Of a stretch of 64,000 bases of DNA, positions 26,106-35,391 are shown one piece after another. The stretch lies in contig UQNH01000001.1 of NCBI GenBank assembly GCA_900542365.1, positions 33,130 through 97,129 on the forward strand. Reading direction: 5' to 3'. Within the stretch, counting starts at the first letter, position 1, and the number at the start of each line of letters is the position of its first letter. The notes beneath the pieces were generated by a model. The model ran no database searches, had not been told where the DNA came from, and was given only the letters and a program-made list of their open reading frames with translations. The position numbers and the translations under genes were made by a program. The DNA is from an uncultured Collinsella sp. Lineage in GTDB: Bacteria > Actinomycetota > Coriobacteriia > Coriobacteriales > Coriobacteriaceae.

Positions 26106-28106
26106 GTGTCCAGATCAACAAGGCAATGCTGCGTTTCGGCTAATAAGAACGACGGCTTTCTGCGGGTTGCGGCGGCGTCGCCGCGGATTCGCGTGGCCGA
26201 TGTCGAGGGCAATGCCGAGGTTGCGCTGGCGGCTGTTCGCGATGCTGCCGAGCGTGGCGTTCGCGCGCTGGTGCTGCCCGAGCTTAATCTGTGCGGCTAT
26301 ACCGCGGCCGATCTGTTCCATAACCGTACATTGCTGCATGCCTGCGAGACCGTACTGGCACATATTCTCGATGAAACTCGCGAGCTGCCGATCGTCTTTA
26401 CCGTTGGCTTGCCCGTTGCGGTGGCAGAAAACATCTACAACTGCGCCGCCGTGTGCTGCGCGGGCGAGCTCTTGGGCCTCACGGCCAAGAAGTATCTGCC
26501 CAACTATGGCGAGTTCTATGAACGCCGTTGGTTTGCTCCGGCGCCTACGGATCCCGTGTGGGTTGATTTTGCCGGTCAGGGCCCGGTCCCGCTTGGTTCG
26601 GGGCTCATTTACCGTTGCTGTGATGAGGGCGCCGAGGACCTGGTGCTGGGCGTTGAGGTCTGCGAGGACCTGTGGGTGCCGGCGCCCCCTTCGACCGAGA
26701 TGGCGCTTGCCGGTGCGACGGTGATTCTCAACCCGTCGGCCTCGGACGAGATTATCGGTAAGGCAGATTACCGCCGCAGCCTTATCTCCAATCAGAGTGC
26801 GCGCCTGTACTGCGCCTATGCCTATGCGGATGCGAGCGAGGGCGAGTCCACGACCGATATGGTCTTTGCGGGGGAGAACCTCGTCTACGAAAACGGTTCG
26901 AAGCTCGCCGCGACGAAGCTCCTCACTTGCGATATGGCCGTCGCCGACGTCGATCTTGACCGCCTGGTTGCCGAGCGCCGTCGCTCGACGACGTGGACAC
27001 GCGCGGACGATGCGCTGGAGGCCACGACCGTTGAGTTTTCGTTTGAGGGCGCGCTGGCCAAAGAGCCTGTTCTGCGCGATGCCTGCGATATCGACCGCGT
27101 TTTCCCTCGCGCGCCTTTTGTGCCGGCCGACCACGGTGATCTGGCCGAGCGCTGCGAGACTATTCTCAATCTGCAGACTGCTGGCCTCAAGACTCGCCTT
27201 GCCCATACGGGCACCAAGGCGGCCGTCATCGGCCTTTCGGGCGGCCTGGACTCCACGCTGGCACTGCTTGTGACCGTGCGCGCCTTCGATGCACTGGGGC
27301 TGCCGCGCACGGGTATCACGGCGGTCTCCATGCCCGGCTTTGGCACGACGCACCGCACCAAGTCCAATGCCGAGTCGCTTGCTCGCGGTCTGGGTGTCTC
27401 CTTCCGCGAGGTCTCGATCCATGCTGCCGTTGAGCAGCACTTTAAGGACATCGAGCACGACCCGGCCGTTCGGGACGTGACCTACGAGAACAGCCAGGCG
27501 CGCGAGCGTACGCAGATTCTCATGGACTTGGCCAACCAGGCCGGCGGCTTTGTCATCGGTACCGGCGACCTGTCGGAGCTGGCGCTCGGCTGGGCTACGT
27601 ACAACGGCGACCATATGAGCATGTACGCCGTCAACGCGAGCGTGCCCAAGACGCTCGTACGCCATCTGGTGCGCTATGCGGCCGATGTCTTTGGCGGGCG
27701 CATCGCCACCACGCTGCTCGACATCCTCGATACGCCGGTGTCTCCCGAACTTCTGCCGCCCACGGGCGACGGCGAGATCGCCCAGAAGACCGAAGACCTG
27801 GTGGGCCCCTACGAGCTGCACGACTACTTCCTCTACTACCTGCTGCGCTTTGGCTTTGAGCCGGGCAAGATCTACCGCATGGCGCTCAAGAGCTTTGGGG
27901 GCGTCTATGACGAGGTGACGATTCATACGTGGCTGCGTACGTTCTACCGCCGCTTCTTTGCTCAGCAGTTTAAGCGCAGCTGCCTGCCCGACGGTCCCAA
28001 GGTGGGCTCGGTGACGCTCAGCCCGCGCGGCGATTGGCGCATGCCGAGCGACGCCAGCTCGCGCCTGTGGCTCGCGCAGATCGACGCACTCAATCCGATT
28101 GACTAA
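26106..28106 (+). CDS. nadE: Glutamine-dependent NAD+ synthetase (CN-hydrolase + NAD synthetase domains)
   Basis: GFLRVAAASPRIRVADVEGN N-terminus, SGGLDSTL PP-loop, 666 aa. The GTG start is uncertain. Confidence 0.85.
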   Translation: MSRSTRQCCVSANKNDGFLRVAAASPRIRVADVEGNAEVALAAVRDAAERGVRALVLPELNLCGYTAADLFHNRTLLHACETVLAHILDETRELPIVFTVGLPVAVAENIYNCAAVCCAGELLGLTAKKYLPNYGEFYERRWFAPAPTDPVWVDFAGQGPVPLGSGLIYRCCDEGAEDLVLGVEVCEDLWVPAPPSTEMALAGATVILNPSASDEIIGKADYRRSLISNQSARLYCAYAYADASEGESTTDMVFAGENLVYENGSKLAATKLLTCDMAVADVDLDRLVAERRRSTTWTRADDALEATTVEFSFEGALAKEPVLRDACDIDRVFPRAPFVPADHGDLAERCETILNLQTAGLKTRLAHTGTKAAVIGLSGGLDSTLALLVTVRAFDALGLPRTGITAVSMPGFGTTHRTKSNAESLARGLGVSFREVSIHAAVEQHFKDIEHDPAVRDVTYENSQARERTQILMDLANQAGGFVIGTGDLSELALGWATYNGDHMSMYAVNASVPKTLVRHLVRYAADVFGGRIATTLLDILDTPVSPELLPPTGDGEIAQKTEDLVGPYELHDYFLYYLLRFGFEPGKIYRMALKSFGGVYDEVTIHTWLRTFYRRFFAQQFKRSCLPDGPKVGSVTLSPRGDWRMPSDASSRLWLAQIDALNPID

Positions 28107-28224
28107 GGTTGGCTAAATTGAACCTATATAGGGGTTGCAAGCGGTACACTTTTGCAATCTGATGGCCCGTATCGCGCGGCGCTCTTGTCGGAGCGCCGCG
28201 TTTTTCATATCGAAAGGTGGCACC

Positions 28225-29388
28225 ATGCAGGCATCGCAGCGTCTCGACCGCTTTGGCGCGGAGGTCTTCGCCTCGCTCAACAACGAACTTCTCGCGCTGA
28301 AGGCTCAGGGCAAGACCATTTACAACATGAGCGTGGGCACGCCCGACTTTAAGCCGTACGACCATGTGGTCGAGGCGCTCACGCATGCAGCCCAAGATCC
28401 CGAGATGTGGAAGTATGCCCTGCGCGACCTGCCCGAACTCAAACAAGCCGTGTGCGATTACTATGAGCGTCGCTTTGGCGTTTCGGGCATTACACCGTCC
28501 ATGGTGCAGTCGTGCAACGGCACGCAGGAGGGCGTGGGCCATTTGGGCCTGGCCCTGCTCGATCCGGGTGACACCATCCTGGTTCCCGATCCGTGCTACC
28601 CGGTCTTTGAGGCGGGTGCCAAGATCGCCGATGCCAAGCTCGAGTACTATCCGCTGGTGGCGGAGCACAATTACCTGCCCTATGTGGCGGGTATCGATCC
28701 CGAGGTGGCCGATCGTGCCAAGTATATGATCGTGTCGCTGCCCGCGAACCCGGTCGGCTCGGTGGGCACTCCCGAGGTCTACGAGGAGATCATCGCTTTC
28801 GCCCGCGAGCACGACCTGCTCATCGTCCATGACAACGCGTACTCCGACATCGTGTTCGACGGCGAGCCGGGCGGCAGCTTCTTGCAGTATCCCGGCGCGC
28901 TCGAGGTGGGCGTTGAGTTCTTCTCGCTCTCCAAGTCGTTTAACGTCACCGGTGCGCGTATCGGCTTTTTGGTCGGCCGCGAGGATGTGGTCTCTGCCTT
29001 TGCCAAGCTGCGCGGCCAGATCGACTTCGGTATGTTCTTCCCGATCCAGAAGGCCGCCATCGCCTGCCTGAACGGTCCGCGCGATGAGGTCGAGGCGCAG
29101 CGTCTGAAGTACCAGGAGCGCCGCGATGCCCTGTGCGACGGTCTTGAGGGCCTGGGCTGGGAGCGTCCCAACGCGCATGGTTCTATGTTTGTGTGGGCCA
29201 AGCTTCCCGGTGGTCGCACCGATTCCATGGCGTTTTGCGAGGAGCTCATGGAGAAGGCCGGCGTTGTGGTGACGCCGGGCGCGAGCTTTGGTCCTTCGGG
29301 CGAGGGACACGTGCGCATGGCGCTGGTCCTGCCGCCCGACCAGATTGCTTTGGCTGTCGAGGCCATTCGTGAGGCGGGCCTGTATTAG
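28225..29388 (+). CDS. Class I/II PLP-dependent aminotransferase
   Basis: MQASQRLDRFGAEVFASLNNE..., SLSKSFNVTGARIG (PLP lysine motif). RBS AAAGGTGG. Confidence 0.8.
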   Translation: MQASQRLDRFGAEVFASLNNELLALKAQGKTIYNMSVGTPDFKPYDHVVEALTHAAQDPEMWKYALRDLPELKQAVCDYYERRFGVSGITPSMVQSCNGTQEGVGHLGLALLDPGDTILVPDPCYPVFEAGAKIADAKLEYYPLVAEHNYLPYVAGIDPEVADRAKYMIVSLPANPVGSVGTPEVYEEIIAFAREHDLLIVHDNAYSDIVFDGEPGGSFLQYPGALEVGVEFFSLSKSFNVTGARIGFLVGREDVVSAFAKLRGQIDFGMFFPIQKAAIACLNGPRDEVEAQRLKYQERRDALCDGLEGLGWERPNAHGSMFVWAKLPGGRTDSMAFCEELMEKAGVVVTPGASFGPSGEGHVRMALVLPPDQIALAVEAIREAGLY

Positions 29389-29589
29389 AAAGGTATTTCG
29401 ACTCGTCAATAGCTCGAAACCGATTTCGTGCAGTTATTTTACGAATACTGCAAACAATTTCGGTAAACGGTCGATTTTTGGCTGCGAATAGGAGCATAAT
29501 CAAAGTCCCGATTGGATGTATTGGGATTACGGCAAGCCGCTCGGGTCGTTCCCGGGCGGCTTGTTTGTGGAGAGAGATGGGAGTTTCTA

Positions 29590-30540
29590 ATGGTTAACGA
29601 GAAGAAGGTCGCTATTGTCGGCTGCGGTTTCGTCGGTTCGTCTTCGGCGTTCGCACTGATGCAGAGTGGTCTGTTCTCCGAGATGGTCCTCATCGACGTG
29701 GACAAGAACCGCGCCGAGGGTGAGGCCCTGGATATCGCGCACGGCATGACGTTTGCCGAGCCGATGAAGATCTACGCCGGCGATTATTCTGATGTCGCCG
29801 ACGCCGCCATGATCGTCGTCACCGCTGGCGCTGCCCAGAAGCCCGGTGAGACCCGCCTGGACTTGGTCAACAAGAACGTAAACATCTTTAAGTCCATTAT
29901 CCCCGAGATTAAGAAGTCCGGCTTCGACGGCATTCTGCTCATCGTCTCCAACCCGGTTGATGTTCTGACCTATGCTGCCATCAAAATGTCCGGCCTGCCC
30001 GAGGGCCATGTCATCGGCTCCGGCACCGTGCTCGACACTGGCCGTCTGCAGCAGATGCTTGGTGCCCACGTCGAGGTTGACCCGCGCGATGTCCAGGCCT
30101 ATGTCATGGGCGAGCACGGCGACTCCGAGTTTGTCGCTTGGTCCAGCGCTCAGGTTGCCGGCGTTCCGCTGAACACCTTCTGCGAGCTTCACGGTCATCT
30201 GGAGCACGAGGCTGCCGAGAAGCGTATCGCCGAGGACGTCAAGAACTCCGCCTACACCATCATCGAGAAGAAGCACGCTACCTACTATGGCGTTGCCATG
30301 GCCGTCAAGCGCATCTGCACTGCCGTCATGCGCGATGAGCAGACCGTTCTGCCTGTTTCCTCGCTCATGGTGGGCGAGTATGGTCTGTCCGATCTGGCCA
30401 TCTCCATGCCGACCGTTGTTGGCCGCGACGGCGTTGTCTGCCGCGTCCCCGTGCCGCTGAACGATGACGAGCAGCATGAGCTCACCGCCTCCGCCAAGGC
30501 CCTCAAGGACATCATCGACAGCGTCGACTTCTCCTGCTAG
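29590..30540 (+). CDS. ldh: L-lactate dehydrogenase
   Basis: KVAIVGCGFVGSSSAFAL, VVTAGAAQKPGETRLDL, GEHGDSEF. Confidence 0.9.
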   Translation: MVNEKKVAIVGCGFVGSSSAFALMQSGLFSEMVLIDVDKNRAEGEALDIAHGMTFAEPMKIYAGDYSDVADAAMIVVTAGAAQKPGETRLDLVNKNVNIFKSIIPEIKKSGFDGILLIVSNPVDVLTYAAIKMSGLPEGHVIGSGTVLDTGRLQQMLGAHVEVDPRDVQAYVMGEHGDSEFVAWSSAQVAGVPLNTFCELHGHLEHEAAEKRIAEDVKNSAYTIIEKKHATYYGVAMAVKRICTAVMRDEQTVLPVSSLMVGEYGLSDLAISMPTVVGRDGVVCRVPVPLNDDEQHELTASAKALKDIIDSVDFSC

Positions 30541-30570
30541 ATTGGGCTCGTTTGCCAGCAAGCTACAATG

Positions 30571-30607
30571 AAGGCGCCTGGGTCCACGCGACCCGGGCGC
30601 CTTTTTG
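30571..30607 (+). terminator. ldh terminator
   Basis: AAGGCGCCTGGGTC / GACCCGGGCGCCTT (14 bp, 1 G-U pair) followed by TTTTTGG. Confidence 0.8.
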
Positions 30608-30653
30608 GTGCAAGGGGGACAGGTTGCTTTGCACCATTGTTGATGGGAGAGCC

Positions 30654-31814
30654 ATGTCGGATTCGCCTAATTTTTTGACCTATGCCCAGACGGCGTTTGA
30701 TCCGTTTGAGGAACGGTCGTTCTGCGCGGTTGATAGCCTGGTCTTTGCGTGGCTGTCCTATTTGCGTTTGCCGGGGGATATGGCGGAGCTGACGAACTGG
30801 CAGGGCCTTGACGTACGCGAGCTGCTGCGCGCCGAGTGCTACCAAGACATGATTGGCGACCTGTGGGATCCGGAGGGGAGCCGTTCCTTGTTGGAGGCTG
30901 TGGCAGCAAGCCCTCGCTACCGTGGCGTTCGTGTTTGCGGCTATCGTACCGTGAGTGATGCCGAGACGACGGAGCAGTTTGCGGCTATGACGTTCCGATT
31001 TCCGGCGGGGTTTAGCTATCTTTCCTTCCGGGGGACCGACAGCACGATTGTGGGCTGGAAAGAGGACTTTAACATGGCGTTCCGGTGTCCTGTGCCGGCC
31101 CAGGAATCCGCGGCGCGTTATGTGGACGAGGCAGCGGATACGATTGACGGGCCGCTTTTGTGCGGAGGTCATTCCAAGGGTGGAAACCTTGCGGTGTACG
31201 GTGCGGCGATGTGCTCCGATGTCGCCCGTGAGCGAATCGAACGGGCGTATTCCCATGATGGTCCGGGCTTCGTCGAGGAGTTTCTGAACGGCAACGCCTT
31301 CGCTGATCTATCCAGTCGAATCGACAAGACCCTGCCTCAGTCATCGATTTTTGGCATGATGTTTGAGACGCAGGAGGACTACGCCATCGTTGAGAGCACC
31401 GAATTTAGCCTGCTGCAGCATAACCCCTTTAGCTGGGTGGTCGATGGCTGCGACTTTGTGTATCGCGAGCGTCTGTCCGCCGGCGCGCGCTACGTCGACG
31501 GTTCCATTCGCGAGATGCTGCTTGCAGTGACACCTAACGAGCGCGAGCGTTTTGTAGATGCATTGTTCTCCGTGTTTGAGGCCACGGGTGCGGTGCGGTT
31601 TGCGGATATCGCTGGGAATCTACGCGGGAACCTGCCTGTGATGCTTCAGGCTGCACAAGGCTTCGACAAGGATACGCGACGCTTTGTCTCGCAGACCATC
31701 GCGGCAATCCTTAAATGCGCGCTGCTGCCCAAGCGGCCCCAGATCGACATGCCTGCCGCCGGTAAGAGCCTGGCAGAACAGCTCGATGCGTGGCAGTCCG
31801 AGCTCCTGCACTAG
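30654..31814 (+). CDS. Mbeg1-like/DUF2974 alpha-beta hydrolase (lipase-like)
   Basis: MSDSPNFLTYAQTAFDPFEE...; GGHSKGGNLAVYGA is a GxSxG nucleophile elbow. Confidence 0.6.
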   Translation: MSDSPNFLTYAQTAFDPFEERSFCAVDSLVFAWLSYLRLPGDMAELTNWQGLDVRELLRAECYQDMIGDLWDPEGSRSLLEAVAASPRYRGVRVCGYRTVSDAETTEQFAAMTFRFPAGFSYLSFRGTDSTIVGWKEDFNMAFRCPVPAQESAARYVDEAADTIDGPLLCGGHSKGGNLAVYGAAMCSDVARERIERAYSHDGPGFVEEFLNGNAFADLSSRIDKTLPQSSIFGMMFETQEDYAIVESTEFSLLQHNPFSWVVDGCDFVYRERLSAGARYVDGSIREMLLAVTPNERERFVDALFSVFEATGAVRFADIAGNLRGNLPVMLQAAQGFDKDTRRFVSQTIAAILKCALLPKRPQIDMPAAGKSLAEQLDAWQSELLH

Positions 31815-31925
31815 CTGCTGGTGCACGGTGGTCAGGTTTCTTTGCATCAATCTTCGAAGCGCTTGGGGCGGGCTCGACCGCTATACTGGTTCGTGCTCAA
31901 ATCGATCTAGAACGGAATGCCGTAT

Positions 31926-32930
31926 ATGAAAATCAACCATGCAATTCTGCATATCCTGGACTTTGATTCTGCCGTCAACGTCATGAGCCAGCGCGAGCTG
32001 GATATCGAGAGCCGCACCGTGCTCAACTTTGTGACCACACACTTGCGCCGTGCCCGTACATCGGCCGATAACAAACGCGCCACGTTTGCCGAGAACTCTG
32101 CGTTTGGTGGTGAGCTCAAGGGCTATTTCTTTGGCGAGCGCGAGTTTGTGGACCTGTCGCAGCAGATTGCGGAGTTTATCTCCTCCGAGCTCACCAAGGC
32201 TGAGAAAGCCGAGTCCACCGACGTGCTCGTGGCTGATTTTGACGACGATGAGGATGCCCGCTGGTTTGCCGTGATGCTGCTGGGCTCCAAGCAGGCTTTT
32301 ATGCACGAAGTGGGCCGCGAGGAGGGAGAGGTGCGCAACGACATCGCGCGCCACTACGCCATTCTGCCGAACCCCTCGCAAAAGGTGTCGAGCTATGCCA
32401 TCGTGCGTGCGAGCACCATGGAGATCGGTTACGTGGACAAGAAGCGCAAGATTGCCGGTGAGGACCGTATGCTTATCCCCGATGGCCTGCTGCAGTGCGA
32501 CACGGGCGTATCAGGCAAGGAGGTCATCGACACCGTGACGCGTGTGGTCGAGGAAGTCGCCGAGGAGCACGGTGCCAATACGGCCGTGGCGCTCGCCAAG
32601 GTTAAGGCTGCCGTCGCCGAGAAAGTCGAGGATGACGAGGAGCTGCCGCCCTGGGATATCGTCGATGAGGTCTTTGAGGACGAACCGGTTATCAAGGAGA
32701 GCGTGCGCGCGGCACTGACTGAGGAGAAGGTGCCTGAGCGTGTGCCCGTGGAGCGCAAGCAGGTCGAACGCGCGGCGGTGCGCAACCACAAGATTCGTAC
32801 CGATACGGGCATCGAGATCAGCTTTCCGGCCGAGATGGGCTCGAACTCCGAGTACATCGAGTTCGTCAACGAACCCAACGGCCTCATCTCCATCGAGCTC
32901 AAGAATATCGGCAGCATCGAGAATCGATAG
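31926..32930 (+). CDS. Nucleoid-associated protein (NdpA/YejK-like)
   Basis: MKINHAILHILDFDS N-terminus is typical of the NA37 family; 334 aa. Confidence 0.5.
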   Translation: MKINHAILHILDFDSAVNVMSQRELDIESRTVLNFVTTHLRRARTSADNKRATFAENSAFGGELKGYFFGEREFVDLSQQIAEFISSELTKAEKAESTDVLVADFDDDEDARWFAVMLLGSKQAFMHEVGREEGEVRNDIARHYAILPNPSQKVSSYAIVRASTMEIGYVDKKRKIAGEDRMLIPDGLLQCDTGVSGKEVIDTVTRVVEEVAEEHGANTAVALAKVKAAVAEKVEDDEELPPWDIVDEVFEDEPVIKESVRAALTEEKVPERVPVERKQVERAAVRNHKIRTDTGIEISFPAEMGSNSEYIEFVNEPNGLISIELKNIGSIENR

Positions 32931-32957
32931 CGGCTCGAGTAGATTGACCGTAACGAA

Positions 32958-32990
32958 AAGGCCAAAGCCCTTTGGGGCTTCGGCCTTCTT
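32958..32990. terminator. Bidirectional terminator between convergent genes
   Basis: AAGGCCAAAGCCC / GGGCTTCGGCCTT (13 bp, 1 mismatch) with loop TTTG. Confidence 0.65.
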
Positions 32991-33008
32991 GGTAAAACCG
33001 CGTAACTA

Positions 33009-33728
33009 TTAAAGCTGACGTAGTCCCTCTTCGAGGCCGGTCTTGCTGTCGGTTTTCTCATCGCGCATCTTGATGACGCGGGCGGGGACACCGGCCACGA
33101 CGGCGCCGGCGGGGACGTCCTCGACGCATACGGCGCCGGCGGCAACGACAGCACCCTTGCCCACGCGCACGCCCTCCAGGACCACGGCGTTGGCGCCAAT
33201 CATGACATCATCTTCGATGATGACGGGCGTGGCGCTCGCAGGCTCAACGACGCCTGCCAGTACGGTGCCGGCGCCGATATGGCAGTTCTTGCCCACGGTT
33301 GCGCGGCCGCCCAGGACGGCGCCCATATCAATCATAGAGCCCTCGCCGATAACGGAGCCGATGTTGATGATGGTGCCCATCATGATGACGGCGCGGTCGC
33401 CGATCTCGACGCGGTCGCGGATGATTGCGCCCGGCTCGATGCGGGCGTTGATGCCCTTGAGGTCGAGCATGGGCACGGCGGAGTTGCGGCAGTCGTTCTC
33501 TACGTCGTAGTAGTCGATGGAGTCGGCATTGGCATCGAGGATGACCTTGAGCTCATCCCAGTCACCAAAGACGGTCTTGCCACGACGACCGCCGTAGACG
33601 TGCGCATTGCCCCACTGGACCTTCATGCCCGGCTTTTCGCGCACGTACAGTTTGACGGGCGTTTTCTTGGGCGCGGTGGCGATGTAGTCGATAATCTCCT
33701 GTGCATCCATCTCGGCTGCGTTGCTCAT
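33009..33728 (-). CDS. dapH: Tetrahydrodipicolinate N-acetyltransferase
   Basis: Near-colinear with B. subtilis DapH as recalled: [32 protein letters not shown]...[21 protein letters not shown]. Confidence 0.9.
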   Translation of the reverse strand: MSNAAEMDAQEIIDYIATAPKKTPVKLYVREKPGMKVQWGNAHVYGGRRGKTVFGDWDELKVILDANADSIDYYDVENDCRNSAVPMLDLKGINARIEPGAIIRDRVEIGDRAVIMMGTIINIGSVIGEGSMIDMGAVLGGRATVGKNCHIGAGTVLAGVVEPASATPVIIEDDVMIGANAVVLEGVRVGKGAVVAAGAVCVEDVPAGAVVAGVPARVIKMRDEKTDSKTGLEEGLRQL

Positions 33729-33767
33729 TTGCTATCTCTCCTTTGGGCGGATTCGGTTGATACCTGG

Positions 33768-34508
33768 TTAGGCAAACATGACCTGGTCGAACGTATAGAA
33801 GCCGGGTTCACGGGCGACGAGCTTCTGCGCGGCTGCCAGGGCGCCGTTGACAAAGATCTGACGGCTCGTGGCGCGGTGGGTGAGCGTGACTTCCTCGTCC
33901 TGGCCAAAGAAACCCACCTCGTGCACACCGGCTACGGTGCCGCCGCGCAGCGAGTGCATGCCGATTTCCTTGGGGTCGCGCGCTCCGCACATGCCCTCGC
34001 GGCCATAGACGGGGTGGTAGCCTGCCTCGGGCTCGGCCTCGACTACGGCGTCGAGCAGCAGCTTGGCAGTGCCGCTGGGGGCGTCGACTTTTTGGTTATG
34101 GTGCGTCTCGACGATTTCGCAGTCAAAGCCGGGCAGCTCACGCGTGGCCTGGGCCACTAGATGACGCAGGGCTGCGATGCCGATCGAGTAATTGCCCGAG
34201 TGCATAACGCGGGTGTTCTGGCCCAGCTCACGCAGACGGTCCATCTGCTCGGGGGTGTAGCCTGTGGTGCCCGAGACCAACGCCGCGCCCGTGCGCTCGA
34301 CATAGGCGACGACGGCATCGAAGGTCACGACGTTCGAGAAGTCGATGATGACGTCGGCTGCCGGGGTGCTCTCGAGCTCGGACAGGTCAAAACCGATCTG
34401 GGCCACGATATCAAAAACGGGCTCTCCAGCGGCGTTGACAATGCCCTCGGCGGTAGTGTGGATGAGCGAGCCCATGCGGCCCGTTCCCATAATGACGGTC
34501 TTAATCAA
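33768..34508 (-). CDS. dapB: 4-hydroxy-tetrahydrodipicolinate reductase
   Basis: IMGTGRMG N-terminus, EIVETHHNQKVDAPSGTA signature. The start overlaps the dapA stop. Confidence 0.9.
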   Translation of the reverse strand: MIKTVIMGTGRMGSLIHTTAEGIVNAAGEPVFDIVAQIGFDLSELESTPAADVIIDFSNVVTFDAVVAYVERTGAALVSGTTGYTPEQMDRLRELGQNTRVMHSGNYSIGIAALRHLVAQATRELPGFDCEIVETHHNQKVDAPSGTAKLLLDAVVEAEPEAGYHPVYGREGMCGARDPKEIGMHSLRGGTVAGVHEVGFFGQDEEVTLTHRATSRQIFVNGALAAAQKLVAREPGFYTFDQVMFA

Positions 34509-35391
34509 GCAGACCAGCTCCCTTCAGAGCATCGGTAAGTGCGGCGCGCGTGTTATCGGCCATGGGGCACAGCGGCATGCGGTAGTTGGCTTCGATCATG
34601 CCCATCTGGGCGAGTGCCTCCTTGACGGGGATGGGGTTGACCTCGCTAAAGAGGGCATTGATGAGCGGCTGTCCGGCAATTTGGATATCGCGGGCGCGCT
34701 CCACGTCGCCGTCCAGATAGGCGCGGCACATGTCGTGCACGAGCTGCGGCTGAACATCGGCCCACACGCTGATGGTGCCCGAGGCGCCCAGGCTCATGAG
34801 CGGCACGGTGAGCGTGTCTTCGCCCGAGTACATACGGAAGTCGTCGGACAGCAGGTGGGCGATCTTGGCCGCGTAGGCGACGTTGCCCGAGGCTTCCTTA
34901 ATACCCATGATGTTGGGGTGCGCGGCCAAGCGCTCTACGTTGCGCTCGCTGATGCCGCAGCCGCAGCGGCCGGGGATGTTGTACAGGATGCAGGGGATAT
35001 CTACGGCATCGGCAACGGTCTTAAAGTGCTGGTAGATGCCCTCTTCATTAGACTTGTTGTAGTAGGGGGTAATGAGCAGCAGGCCGTCGGCGCCCAGGCC
35101 CTGATAGGTGAGCGACTTGGTGAGCATGGTTTGCGTGGAGTTGGAACCCGAGCCGGCGATGACGGGGACGCGGCCTGCAACCTGCTTGACCACGGCGGCG
35201 ACGACGGAGTTGTCCTCGTCATCGGTCATCGTGGCGCTCTCGCCGGTGGTGCCCAGGGTGAGGATGGCGTCGGTGCCATTTTGCAGGTGGAAATCGATAA
35301 GGCGCTCGAGTGCGTCAAAGTCGACGCTGCCGTCCTTTTTAAACGGCGTAACAAGGGCGACGATCGAGCCCTCGAGGTTGCGGATATCCAT
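34501..35391 (-). CDS. dapA: DapA moiety with its own SD and ATG inside the long ORF
   Basis: AAGGAGAAGAAC-ATG (ATG at 35391-35389). MDIRNLEGSIVALVTPFKKDGSVDFDALERLIDFHL...GTTGES...IKEASG; 296 aa. Confidence 0.75.
   Translation of the reverse strand: MDIRNLEGSIVALVTPFKKDGSVDFDALERLIDFHLQNGTDAILTLGTTGESATMTDDEDNSVVAAVVKQVAGRVPVIAGSGSNSTQTMLTKSLTYQGLGADGLLLITPYYNKSNEEGIYQHFKTVADAVDIPCILYNIPGRCGCGISERNVERLAAHPNIMGIKEASGNVAYAAKIAHLLSDDFRMYSGEDTLTVPLMSLGASGTISVWADVQPQLVHDMCRAYLDGDVERARDIQIAGQPLINALFSEVNPIPVKEALAQMGMIEANYRMPLCPMADNTRAALTDALKGAGLLD

Noticed and set aside
29389-29589. Rex or cre operator upstream of ldh, and the 12-bp hairpin AAGCCGCTCGGG/CCCGGGCGGCTT at about 29533-29561 just before the ldh start
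   Set aside because: No sequence matched TTGTGAA-N6-TTCACAA or the cre consensus. The hairpin is real, but its role (leader structure versus terminator remnant) cannot be supported from sequence alone.
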